A program made the translations under genes and the position numbers. This document shows, in pieces, positions 26,778 to 38,895 of a stretch of DNA of 64,000 nucleotides. The notes under the pieces were generated by a model that was given only the letters and a program-made list of their open reading frames with translations, was not told the origin of the DNA and ran no database searches. The DNA is taken from contig NC_135896.1 of assembly GCF_964194155.1 (NCBI RefSeq), positions 87,420,001 to 87,484,000 of the forward strand, in the 5' to 3' direction. The first letter of the stretch is position 1; each line of letters begins with the position of its first letter. Source of the DNA: Cetorhinus maximus (Eukaryota).

Positions 26778-28921
26778 GAGAATCACAAGATCACATGACC
26801 AAACTAATAGCTAAAATAAACTGAAGAGGGCTCTGTGTTCATTCCGTGTCGATGCTACAAATGTATGCACCTACCTGGGTGAGTAAAAATAGCTGTTATA
26901 GGTTAATACAGCTCATCTACAATAGCACTCTGAAATATGGAAGCCAAAAATATCTATGGTTTAAAAAGCAAAAAAATCCCTAAAAAATACAATACCTACT
27001 ATAGAAGTTGTGTGTTAAACAGATGTGGCTCAAGTCAGGCTTCTGATTGCTTTATCATAGAGGAATGCACTTCCTGGAGTTCCTCAAACATTCAGTTCAT
27101 TGATAGCATCATCTCCCCATCTAAGTAAATCAGAGAACCAATGAAGCCCGTTTACATTTTCCTTGGTTGTGCAGCGGTTAACCACCTACCTTACTGTGAT
27201 AAATTTTAATTTTTGTGTTGTAAATTTCACATCCCAATAGTTCTTTTGCTGGTGATGTGGATGCAATCGAGTTAGAATTTAAGCAAAGTGGGAGAAAGAA
27301 AAGAACATTTACACAAGTTACACTCCAGGGTAATTTCTGTAGAACTAGCACTCAATATAGTTCAAAACAAATCCATATAATCAAATTGGAGTGCAAGGAG
27401 TTAACGCAATGCTCATTAACCAAACACAGATTCCCATTTCAGCAGCACCTATTATCACCTCTGCAAAAACGAGTCTGCTCGCTGATCATTCACATACGTT
27501 CACCTCATACCGCAATAGGAAATCAGGGTGGAATGGGGGAGGGGATCCAAGTCACTGGATATAGATACCCAACTACCAGATATATTTATTCTACCTGCTA
27601 GGTAAATAGAGCAGCACTCACATAATAGCTGCACTTATCTAGTTGTAATGTAATTATATGGTAATTAAATGTAATTATATGGGCACAACCCACCAGGAAG
27701 TCCAGCCAATTGAGGAAAACTAACATCTCCCTATCCACCAGGACCTTAACAGTATCCCAAACCCCGCTTGAAATCACACGAGCCCTTTCCACAAGCCAAG
27801 CACTTAACCTTCGATATTGCAACTTCAAACCCCATGGTTTGAAGTTTGGTGGTTTGATGGTGCGGAAAGTCAACTGGAGTTCACGGGAAGTCATATCATG
27901 AAAGAACCGGTGCAAAAGATCCCTGGCTTTGAGCTTCTGTGAAGATTGTGAGCATAAACTATGGCAGATGCGGAAAATTATAAACACTCCAGTGTATGAC
28001 TGCAGTCAACCAGAGGATGCCATGTAACATATAAAACATCCCAATGCCCAATTCACAAATACAAAAGAGGCATCATAGCGACACACTCCTCTACTCCCAA
28101 GGCCAACATGTGTCTTAACCAGCTGACTGTAAAGTTATAGCTATTGTTTTACATCTACATTAGCCGTAAGAAAGAAAGAGGGAGAGAGCAAAGGGTTAAA
28201 TAAAAAGCCCTCACCTTCTTATCTGTATGCCAGGCTATACATTAGTCCCTTGTAAAGACTCTACACTTACCAAGGTGCATCTCCACCCTGTAATGTGCCG
28301 TGAGATGTGCTAACACCCATGAATTAATACTTTATTCTATTTATGGGCTTAACAGAAGGTGTTCATTGTTTAAATTCTCAGCAGCTGTCTTCTTCCACCC
28401 CACCCCTTGCTTGTGAAAACTCCATGCTAAACAAGAAAGTGCTCTCCTAGCAACCACACTGCCACCAATCAATGGGGCACCCAAGCTAACCAATTAAAAT
28501 GGTCCTGCAGTCAGAGCGATAGTAACAATGTTTCAATGCAATTGTTCTGGTAAATTAAGATATGCTACATCACTTTCATCTGTGCAACATCCACCTCAGA
28601 CTTCCATGTTCCCATTTATTCTAAACTTGAAAATAATTGCTCCAGATTCTTCTAATAGAATATTGGATAAATGCATTGTAGTGCTAAGCTACAAGGTCAA
28701 AAGATGCCAGGTTTCTACTCTAGCAAGTTAAACCAAATCTGGGAAAACAGATATTGCAATCATCCGCAGAGAGCCCGAAATTAGTGGGCTGGAGGAAGGG
28801 AGGGGGATGGGGGTGGGAAGAAAGAGCGTAAGTAAGCAGGTATCCTAATTGCAATTCAGTGGTCACTGCCGGAAAAATTGACATGCACATACATCAGGCG
28901 AGAACAGACTCAGCCTGGGCA

Positions 28922-29027
28922 GCCCACTCTGAAGCAGAGTCATACAGACTCGAAACGTTTTAACTGTTTCTCTCTCCACAGATGCTGTCAGACCTGCTGA
29001 GCTTTTCCAGCATTTTCTGTTTTTATT
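28922..29027 (+). mobile_element. Mini Penelope-like insertion with minimal hammerhead motif and 12-bp TSD
   Basis: CTGAAGC-A-GAGTC-ataca-GACTC-GAAA-CG-TT (28929-28959), then the family terminus. TSD tcagcctgggca at 28910-28921 and 29028-29039. Confidence 0.85.
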
Positions 29028-30078
29028 TCAGCCTGGGCAATGTTGCCTGCTGGAGTTGAACAGCATATCAACAGTCGTGAACAATCACCAGCATAGCAGC
29101 AGAGGGTGGAGGCTGCTGGAGGAACGACAGATACATCAACAAAAATCAGCACCTTCAGGGAGTGAGGGAAGATAATGTGGCGGGGGAAAATGACATAAAT
29201 GGATATAAGGATAAATTTACTCAAACAAAAAGTCTGCCTGCTAAACAAATAGAACAGCCCTCCTGTTTGAATCGTACAATAAGTTGCACATATCCACCAG
29301 AAATGCGAGAAATGCGGTAATATGGTGCTAATGAAAGGATCAAACGAACAACCATAATTTCACATTACCTCTGCCATAAGGTGTTCTGGAAGATGGGAGG
29401 CCTGTCCTTTACTTCACACTAGCATTCTCAAACTGCTGATAAACAGCAAGTACTTAAACTTTAAACCCCTGAAAAGTGAGTGAATGTTTGATGCCAACAG
29501 CACAGCAATTCAAGCATTTCAAAGCTTTAAAAAGAAAAAAGAACCGTCAATACTGCAGATCAAATAGTCACCTCCGTGAAGCATGGTACATTCTGTCAAA
29601 AACCATTATAAGTCAATTTTCTTTTAAGAAAAGGTTATGAAAGGATGAGGCGCTTAACATGACCGTAAGCAAGAAACCAGGGGATTCTGGGCTGGGACAG
29701 TTTAAAAGTGCTATTGATCTGTATTTTTAAGAAATGGGACATGAAGATAAGATGAGCTGAAAAAAGCTTAGTAAAAGAATTTTAAAAACCTACAGAAATG
29801 AGAGCGAGGTTGCAGAACATAGGCAGCATGATCACCAATGGAATACCTATCCCAATGCTATTCCTGTGAAGCAAAACTTTAAAACTGATATATTGCACTG
29901 TGATCAGGGTTTGGGTATATCGACATATATGGAGAGGGCTGGAGGAGCATATCTCTGCATCGGTCCAGGTATATCTGACACCCTGGAACTTTCAGTTCTG
30001 ACACAGGATGTATATGTGCCACCTGTACCAACTCAAACAACCCTCATTCCGCTGATCAAAATGAGATAGGGAACTGAC

Positions 30079-30130
30079 CTGTTTCAGCATATCCTTAGGA
30101 GGAGCACAAACTGCATTACGGTAGACACAC
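30079..30130 (-). other. Candidate 52-nt exon (CVYRNAVCAPPKDMLKQ)
   Basis: Strong acceptor ggtctctttctttgacag|G and donor CAG|gtcagt; one open frame, phase 2 to 0. Confidence 0.3.
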
Positions 30131-31244
30131 CTGTCAAAGAAAGAGACCAATTAGAACAAAAGATCAGAAATTAAATGGTCACGACGTCTTTAAGGGGAAA
30201 AAAGAGCGACAAAATAACTGGCAAGCAGTTGTTTTCCAACAAAAAAAGCTCGACAAAAAATGAACTTTTGATATAAATCATTAAATTTGCGATAGCTGAT
30301 GGGCCACATGTAAAAGAACGCATTCCAAAAACAAGTGGAAGTATCCATCATGAATGATAGTTTAGAAAGCATTCTGGGAAAAAAATAAAATAAAATAGCA
30401 TTGCCATCTGGTCTACAGGACGAAAAGTGACAGGTCTGAGCCAATTGCAATAAATTGGTCATTTCCGTTTTAATTTCCTACCCAAGTGCTGTCCATCTCA
30501 GAAAACCAATGCTGAAGGAGTTACAGATACACGGAGTTTCAGCTTAATGGAAAAACTTTCACACAAAGAGCAAGTGATGAATAGGACAATATGCATTGGA
30601 ATGTTCTGGAATTCCACAGCTATTTTTCTGACCCAGTCAGGCTTGCTAGACTGTCAAAGCTACTAACATCGTTCAATGCCATGTCTAATTAGGGTCACAA
30701 CACTGAACTTCAAACATCTAGGGACTGAGTCCACTTAAACTTTCATTACAGGCCCAATTTTTCATTACTATTCATCTAAAATTCAGCAATAGCCCAATTC
30801 ACTCTTAAACACTAGTTTGAACCTTCTTTTAAAAAAGTTTCAAATATACTATTCACACCTTCCCATTTTTTTCAATTCAAGCTGTCTAGCTTTAAATTAT
30901 TCTGGTCTGAATAATGAGGGAGAAAAGACAGAACAATTGCTAGCCAGCAGAAAGTTCCCCAAGGCTGTCATTCAATCTCGGGATTCAGAGACCAAAGCAG
31001 AAGCAGATTCAATCGTTGCTTTATAAATCTCATTGAGTCTTCACTGTTTGCATTTCCATGTGGCACTGAGCATAGCAGCACAGTAGAGAGGCATAAGTCA
31101 GGTAAAAAGTAAAAAAGCTCCCTGTGACCTTCAACACTGAATCAGAGATGGCATCTGTAAATCAAATAGTCAGTGTATACCTTGCAGGGCTATTTCAACA
31201 TTCATCAATAGTAAAGGACACCCATCCATCTGTCTATGTACAAC

Positions 31245-31302
31245 CACACACACACACACCAACCCCCACCCGACACACACACACACACAACACACACACA
31301 AC
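31245..31302. repeat. Interrupted (CA)n microsatellite
   Basis: Three CA runs are visible directly. Confidence 0.85.
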
Positions 31303-31936
31303 CTCCCATTACCCTCTGTTGGTACAAAAACTTCCAAGTTCTGTACCACCACCTAATGGCTTTTAAAAAGGTCTAAAACATTACAAATAAAAAAAACTAG
31401 AGATCCTAATTTACAAAAAAGAACTCATGATAGAATAGATGAAAGAAAATCAGACAAGCTTGTTGATATTGGAAGTCAAGCACATTCTGTAAACAGCTGG
31501 GGTCAGAAACACAGACATATGGTGCAAGGCTTAAAATCTAGAAGAGGTTTAAAACATAGCTAAACATTTTATATTAAAAAGTTAACTGCATAATGCCTTA
31601 CAGCAGCATTTTTTTTTTAAATGTACTCAATGGGCTGTGTGAACACTACAAACTCACCTAGAACCCTCATTCATGCATTCTTCACTTACAGGCTCAAGGT
31701 CTGCAACTTCCTCTTCGATGACCCCTCAACATCCACACAGTCCTTGCCACTACAAATCAAATTCTTCTCTGGTTCATCTCTACCTCCCTAATCATCTCTA
31801 TCCCTATGGGTCAGTGCACGATCCCTCTACTCTTTGGACTCTGGCTGCCTTTGCACTTTTTTTCTTGAACCTTCTGTTCCACCAAGTGACAAAGCTTTCA
31901 TCCACTAAAGCCTGACATTCTAACTCTCACCTTACT

Positions 31937-32166
31937 TCCTCCTCAGGTACTGAAGCAGTCATGCTCGCATGCAGCAAGGCATGGGCAACATTTAGGCCTG
32001 GGCAACTTACAAATGGCAGGCAATGACCATTCTCCAACAAAAGAGAATCTAACCATTTCCCCTTGAAATTCAATGGCGTGCGCAAATGTTGATTCGCCAC
32101 CAACATCTTGGGGCTTTTCAGTAAAAGGAAATGCAACTAAACCAGTATATAAACACTGTGGCTACT
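31937..32166 (+). mobile_element. Older HER1-like LINE RT fragment
   Basis: Aligns to 39393-39637 (tcctcaggtactgaagcagtc…atgcagcaag…caatgaccat…aaacactgtggctac). Confidence 0.75.
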
Positions 32167-32169
32167 GTC

Positions 32170-34755
32170 GGAGAGGCTGTGGCATAGTGGTAATTTCACT
32201 GGACTAGTAATCCAGAGGGCTAGGCTAGTACTATGGAGACATGGGTTCAAATCCCACAACTGCAGCTGGTGCGGTTTATTCAATTAATTAAAATAGCCAT
32301 GAAACCATTGTTGCAAGAACCCATCTGGTTTGCTAATGCCCTTTAGGGAAGGAAATCTGCTATCCTTATCTGGTCTACATGCGACTCTGAAATGGTCTAG
32401 CGAGCATCAGTTATATCAAAAAAGGAATGAAACCAGACCGTCCCACCTGGCATTGACCTAGGCATCGGAAACGACAATGACAAACCTAGCTCCCTGCAAA
32501 GACCTCCTTACTAATATCTGAGGACCTGTGCCAAAATTGGGAGAGCTGTCCCGCCGCAGACGAGTCAGGCAACATAATCATTCTCATCGAACCATACCTT
32601 CCTGGGTGTGTCCTGTTGCACCGACAGGAAGGACCCACCAGAGGTGGCGGTACAGTGGTATACCGTCAGGGAGGAGTTGCCCTGGGAGTCCTCAACATCG
32701 ACTCCTGACCCCATGAAGTCTCATAGCTTCAAAGTCAAACATGGGCAAGGAAGCCTCCTAGTGATTACCAGCCACCATCTCAGCTGATGAAACAGTTGCA
32801 CAGCACTTGGGAGAAGAGCTGAGGGTGGCAAGGGCACAGAATGTACTCTGGTTCGGGGCTTCAATATTCATTATGAAGAGTGGCTCAGTAGCACCACTGC
32901 TTACCGAGCTGGCCAAGTCCTGCTTCTCAAGGACATAGCTGCTACACTGGGTCTTTGGCAGGTGGTGAGGGGGAAACCAACAAGAGGGAAAAGCCTACTT
33001 GACCTCATCCTCACTAATCTACCCATCACAGATGCATCTGTCCATGACAGTGTTGGTAGGAGTAACCACTGCTTCTTCCGGAGTGAAGTCCCGCCTTCAC
33101 GTTGAGGATACCCACCATGTGTGGCACTACCACCATACTAAATGGGATAGATTTTGAACAGATCTAGCAACTCAAGACTGGGCAACCATGAAGTGCTGTG
33201 AGCCATCAGCAGCAGCAGAATTATACTCAGCCACAATCTGTAATCTCATGGCCCAGCAGATCCCCCACTCTACCGTCAAGCCAGGGGATCAATTCTGGTT
33301 CAATGAAGAGTACAGTAGGGCATGCCAGGGGCAGCATCAGGCATGCTTAAAAATGAGGTGTGAACCTGATGAAGCTACGATACAGGATTACTTGCATGCC
33401 AAACAGTGGAAACAGCATGCATTAGACAAAGCTAAGTGATCATACAATCAACACATCAGGTCCAAGCTCTGCAGTCCTCCCACACACAGTCAGGAATGGT
33501 GGTGAGTAATTAAACAACTAACAGGAGGCAACGGCTCCACAAAGATCCCCATCCTCAATAATGGGAGATCCCAGCACATCAGCGAACAAGACAAGGCTGA
33601 AGTATTTGCAGCCATCTACAGCCAGAAGTGTCAAGTGGATGATCCATCTCAGCCTCCTCCCAAGATCCCCAACATCACAGATGCCAGTCTTCACACAATT
33701 CAACTCATTCCATGTGGTATCAAGAAACAGCTGGAGGCACTGGACACTGCAAAGACGATGGGCCCTGACAACATTCCGGCAATGTGCTGCAAAACTTGCT
33801 GTGGCCCTAGCCAGGATGCTCCAGTACAGCTACAACACTGGCATCTACCCAGTAATGTGCAAAATTGCCCAGGTATGTCCTCGTTCAAAAGAACAGGTTT
33901 AATCCAACCCAGCCAATTATCACCCCATCAATCTACTCTCAATCACCAGCAAAGTAATGGAAGTGGTTGTCGAAAGTGCATTCAAGTGGCATTTGCTAGC
34001 CAGGGCCACTCAGCTCCTGACATCATTACAGCCTTCATCCAAACATGGACAAAAAAATTGAACTCCAGGAGATGGGGTAAGAGTGGCTGCTTTCGACATC
34101 AAGGCTGCGAATGTGGCTTAAAGGAGACCTAGTAAAACTGGAGTCAATGAAAATCAAGGAAAACTGTCCACTGGTTGGAGTCATACCAAGCACAAAGGAA
34201 TATGGTTATGGTTGCTGGCGGTCAATCATCTTTGTCCTGGGGCATTGCTGCAAGAATTCCTCAGGGTAGGGCCCTCGGCCCAACCATCTTCAGCTGCATC
34301 AATAACCTTTCCTCCAACATAAGATCAGAAGTGGGGATGTTCACCGATGATTGCTCAAGGTTCAGCACAAATCGCAACTCCTCAAACACCAAAGCAGTCA
34401 GTGTCCGTATGCAGCAAGATCTGGACAACATTCAGGCTTGAGCCAACAAATAGCAAATAACATTTGCGCCACACAAGTGCCAGGCAATGACCATCTCTGC
34501 TTGACGTTCAGTGGCATTACCATTGCCAAATCTCTCACCATCAACATTCTGGGTGTTACCATTGATCAGAAAGTGAACTGAAACAGTCATAAAAATATTG
34601 TGGCTAGAAGAGCAGGTTAGAAGCTGGGAAATCTGCAGCAAGTAACCCACCTCCTGATTCCCCAAAATTTGTCAACCATCTACAAAGCACAAGTCAGGAG
34701 TGTGATGGAATACTCTCCACTTGCTTGGATGAGTGCAGCTCCAACAACACTCAAT
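32170..34755 (+). mobile_element. HER1-like (CR1-group) LINE with tRNA/V-SINE-like 5' end, APE + RT, decayed and 3'-truncated
   Basis: 32170-32410 matches the HE1 head and body. APE begins at ~32512 (NIxGPVPKLGEL; RGGGTVVY; GFNIH; LLDLILTN). RT motifs MGPDNIP, NYHPINLLS, IPQGRALGPTIF, MFTDD, NILGVTIDQK, IYKAQVRSVMEY. Many frameshifts. Confidence 0.9.
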
Positions 34756-36129
34756 GTGCCCTCTCTCTATTTTTTGTAGTCTGATGCCAATTCATTTAAG
34801 TGAACGACCCTTAAGAATTGTTATGCACTGGCTCACATATGCTAATTTAAAAAGGGACGACCTGCGTAGGCAGGAACTTTCGGATTGCATTGTGGCCATG
34901 AGGCGTGGAGAGAACATTGGTCTTGAGTGTGATGGAATATTTTCCACTTGCAATAAAAAAAAAACTCTCCTCCCATCTTCAAAATCTTCCTCCTGATCAC
35001 GGCTTCAGTTGCCTCTCCCAACTGTTTTACTTTGACGCAACAATTGATTTCAGATGGCAAGCTAGCACTGGTAACCTATAGCATTCAATTCCTTTGCCTA
35101 TCAATGAAGCACTAAACATTCCCAGGTACACTGGTGACAGCAAACGTGGCCCATCACAATTTCTACAATTATACTATAGTACAGTTGGAAAAAAAGGGTG
35201 GAAATTTTACATAAGCAAAAATCACACTTTACCACAGGTCTAAAGTTTTTTTTTAAAAAAGACAAAAGCAACTTGGTTTCTGACCTCGGGCCAAAACTGC
35301 TGCGCATTTGACAAGTTGAGAGTTACATCGCAAAAAAAATTAAACTCCAAGTGACCTAATCTTGTCTCGCTGTTAAGTAAACAATTAAAAAGGAAGAGAA
35401 CTTCATCCCAGCAGAGTATGCTTGATAAAAAGTTCTCATCCTTCTAAACAGTACAGAAGCTGACTAAGTATGATCAACATCACTGAAAACGGGCGCACTA
35501 CGGCACTGCTCACCTGTGGAAAATAATTGTGGAAGAGCAGTTTGAAAAAGAGAGCACAAAACCACCACCAGTGCAACTAAACCAATCACAAAAAAGTCAA
35601 TTCAAATCAAGGGGATTGGAAACGTAACACTTAGTGCAGTCGTCTTCACTAATTTTCAAGCAAGGGCCACTTTAACAAAAAACCTGCAGTGTGAGAGCCA
35701 CATCGACTACTAAATTATTATTGCTTACTACTCCAGTATCTCACTCGGGCCAAAAAAAAATACACGTCAACAGTTGAATACTCTGCTGGTTCTATGGTGG
35801 TTGCTATGGTAATATGACTGTTACTATACAAGACGCAAACTTAAATATACTTATATTGGCGCACATTGTACCATGTGCTACATGTGACATGTAAGGAAGG
35901 CTGACTTTTGATAGGCTCGGTACACATTTTTCACTGTTTAAAAATACAATTAATAGGAATAGAATGCTGGGTTGCACTCCAGCTCGTCGTGACCCTCTGA
36001 GGATAAAGAGGTTACTGAAAATGGATGGATGGAGTCAGGGAGCCGTATTTCATGTCGATGGGAGCCGCCACTGGCTCAAGGGCCTTGCAATGAAGAACAT
36101 TGATTTAATGACTTTGATTGGTGCTCTGA

Positions 36130-36390
36130 ACTGCAGATTTTTTGGGCCAGAACAGTCAGGGGATGGGAGGTCAGGTCGGGTCTGGGAGGTGGTAGTCGGG
36201 GGAGTCCTGAGGGTAGTGAAGGGGTTGGTGGGGGAGGGGGGGAGATCACCAGGCAGTTCAGGATTTGGGGGGGGTGGGGAGACGGACGGACAACACCAGA
36301 GTTAGACGAGCATAGATAATTCCAAAGGCTGTGAGCTGCCCCATCCCGGTTTGAAAACCTGCCAGCAAAGGAGCGTGAAATTCAGGCAAT
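36130..36390. mobile_element. G-rich degenerate MITE-like remnant
   Basis: G-rich tract ending in cccatcccggtttgaaaacctgccagc…gtgaaattcaggc; resembles the other GC-rich MITE remnants in the window. No clear TIR pair. Confidence 0.3.
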
Positions 36391-37319
36391 GGAGTTCCGT
36401 GAGAGATAGCCACGGATTTGGGAAATGGCAGCACATTCAAGGGCTTTGGAGAATGAAGGTCTCTCCTCTTTGCTGGTGCTGGCCGCCCTTCTGGCTTCTC
36501 TGAATTTAAACTATGCGCCAAACTGAGAGTAACTAAAGGACGAACTAGCTCAATTGAGACAGCCGAACATTTCAATTCGGGCTCTTGCAGTAGTCAGAAG
36601 AAGTTTTTGCATCAGCAGTCTAATCACAGGTGAATATCAGGTTCCAGAAGAAAAGCTGGCCAGTCCATTCAATTCATTGAAACATCAGAATCTGAACTTC
36701 GCTGTTTGTGAGTCCCAAGCTTTTAAAAGACTATTTTAAAGATATTTGCAATACTGCCAGTATGTGACATATCATTGATTCCACCAGTTAACAGTGGTTT
36801 GGCTCAGGTTATTTGAATTATCAATGTTTCCAATACAAACTACTAGAAAAATCCGAGTTTACACTCTGGGCTGATATCCCCAGAATGACAAGTCATTTAA
36901 GGTGTGCATACAGTACATTGAAAGGTTTGGGAATGGATGCAGTGTAGCAAATCATTCAGTCAGCAAACTTGTGGGGGCCTCAGTCCTCATCAGCCTGCTT
37001 CGCAGGCTATGTTTCAACAAATGGATTTGTATCACTGTCAGATGTTGCATGATCCACATGTGACAAAAAAACAACCTATTGTCCGTCTCAATTTTGATTC
37101 TCTCTCCCGAAGGCTTTCACGCTTGCGTATGGTTTCACTGCTAATCATCCAAATGTCTGTTCTCCATTATGAGCAGAGATTGTGATTATTGAAAGACCAC
37201 TAAACCATCGCGGTGGAACACGCAATGTCATATATAAGAAAGGCTGCCAATCCGAGATTTCCCCACTCAATTATGCATCAGCACACCACAGACCAAAACC
37301 CGGCTCTTCTGGCCGACAT

Positions 37320-37827
37320 CAGTGCTTCCCAAACTTTTTCCCAGTGTGACCCCATGTTAATGCCTCATACTTTGCATGACCCCAGGCCCAGGAGGCATGG
37401 CAAGGGCGGGTGAGTGGATGTTGGGGGTACATGCAAGCTAGGAGCAGGAGTAGACCATTTGGCCCCTTGAGCCTGCTCCACCATTCAATATTATGGCTTA
37501 TCCAAATTCCGCCTTTGCCTCCCTTGTCAGTCAAGAGTCTACCTACCTCTAAGTTCATGGTGCTGGGAATTGCTTAAACCGCAGGGTTTTTCTTAACAAA
37601 GACCCAAGCTTTTCACAGGCCCTTGTTTTGCACCAGCAATCAGGCCTCAAAGATCTGTCCAATAGGCCACTCCCACCAATAAAAAAATTACAAAGATTTA
37701 AAGGGACCTTGCAGCTGCCACCATTCAGTCTAAGCTCCATGGCAGCATTGTTGCCTCGGAACTCACGACCTCATAATCTCAATTATGACCCCACAGGGGG
37801 ATGCAACCCACAGTTTGGGAAGCCCTG
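37320..37827. mobile_element. hAT (Charlie-like) MITE
   Basis: TIRs cagtgcttcccaaact (37320) / agtttgggaagccctg (to 37827), 15/16 match; subterminal gacccc motifs. An 8-bp TSD is not recoverable because a LINE abuts the right end. Confidence 0.75.
37429..37550 (-). mobile_element. CR1 3' end fragment nested in the hAT MITE
   Basis: ctaggagcaggagtagaccatttggccccttgagcctgctccaccattcaat is nearly identical to the CR1 3' end at 7801-7852. Confidence 0.85.
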
Positions 37828-38573
37828 GCTTCCCAGGAGTGCATGCCAAGAACAGCACCAGGAGCACCCAAAAATGGAGGTGTCAACCTGGTGAAGCTAC
37901 AACACAGGACTACCTGTGCGCCAAACAGCATCAGTAGTAAGTGATAGATAGAGCTAAGTGATTCAAAAACCAACAGATCAGATCCAAGCTCTGGAGTCCT
38001 GCCACATCCAGTTGTGAATGGTGGTGGACAATTAAACAACTCACTGGAGGAGGCAGCTCCACAAATATCCCCATCCTTAATGATTGGAGGAGCCCAGCAC
38101 AGCAGTGCAAAAGATAAGGCTGAAGCGTTTGCAACAGTTGTCAGCCAGAAGTGCTGAGTGGACGATCCATCTTGGCCTTCTCTGGAGGTCCCCAGCATCT
38201 CGGATGCCAGTCTTCAGCCAATTTGATTCACTCCACATATCATCAAGAAACAGCCAAAGGCACTGGATACTGCAAAGACTATGGGCCCTGACAATATTCC
38301 AGCAATTATACTGAACTTGTGCTCCTGAGCTTACCACCCCTATAGCCAAGCTTTTTCCAGTACAACTACAACACTCGCATCTATCCAGTGATGTGAAAAA
38401 TTGCCCAGAAAAGTCTTGTACACAAAAAAAACAGGACAAATCCAACCCGGCCAATTACCACCCCATCAGCCTACTCTCAATCATCTGTAAAGTGATGAAA
38501 GGGTCATCAACAGTGCTATCAAGTGGCACTTGTTTAGCAATTACCTGCTCACTGATGCTCAGTTTGGGTTCCA

Positions 38574-38895
38574 TGAGGTGTCAGCTGTGGCTCAGTTCAT
38601 AGCACCCTCGCCTTTGAATCAGAGGGTTGTGGGTTCATGTCCCACTCCCGGAAAACCGAAAACTGTGATTGCACTCGAAAGAAGTTGCAATCTGTGACTG
38701 TTGGTAGCTCGAAAGAGTTTCCATCAGGGCCACTTGAGGTGTCAGCTGTGGCTCAGATCATAGCACCCTCGCCTTTGAATCAGAGGGTTGTGGGTTCATG
38801 TCCCACTCCCGGAAAACCGAAAACTGTGATTGCACTCGAAAGAAGTTGCAATCTGTGACTGTTGGTAACTCAAAAGAGTTTCCATCAGGGCCACT
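38574..38895 (+). mobile_element. Tandem pair (161-bp period) of a short tRNA-headed SINE with an unusual tail
   Basis: Units 38574-38734 and 38735-38895 differ at 3 positions by my count. Head tcagctgtggctcag…gggttcatgtcccactcc; each copy is followed by LINE target sequence ttccatcagggccact. Confidence 0.9.

Noticed and set aside
36160-36285. G-run cluster (potential G-quadruplex)
   Set aside because: Lies within a probable MITE remnant; such tracts are common and nothing suggests function.
38574-38895. Direct repeats separated by a short sequence (CRISPR-like at first glance)
   Set aside because: Only two 161-bp units with identical intervening sequence, in a eukaryotic LINE context with no cas genes.
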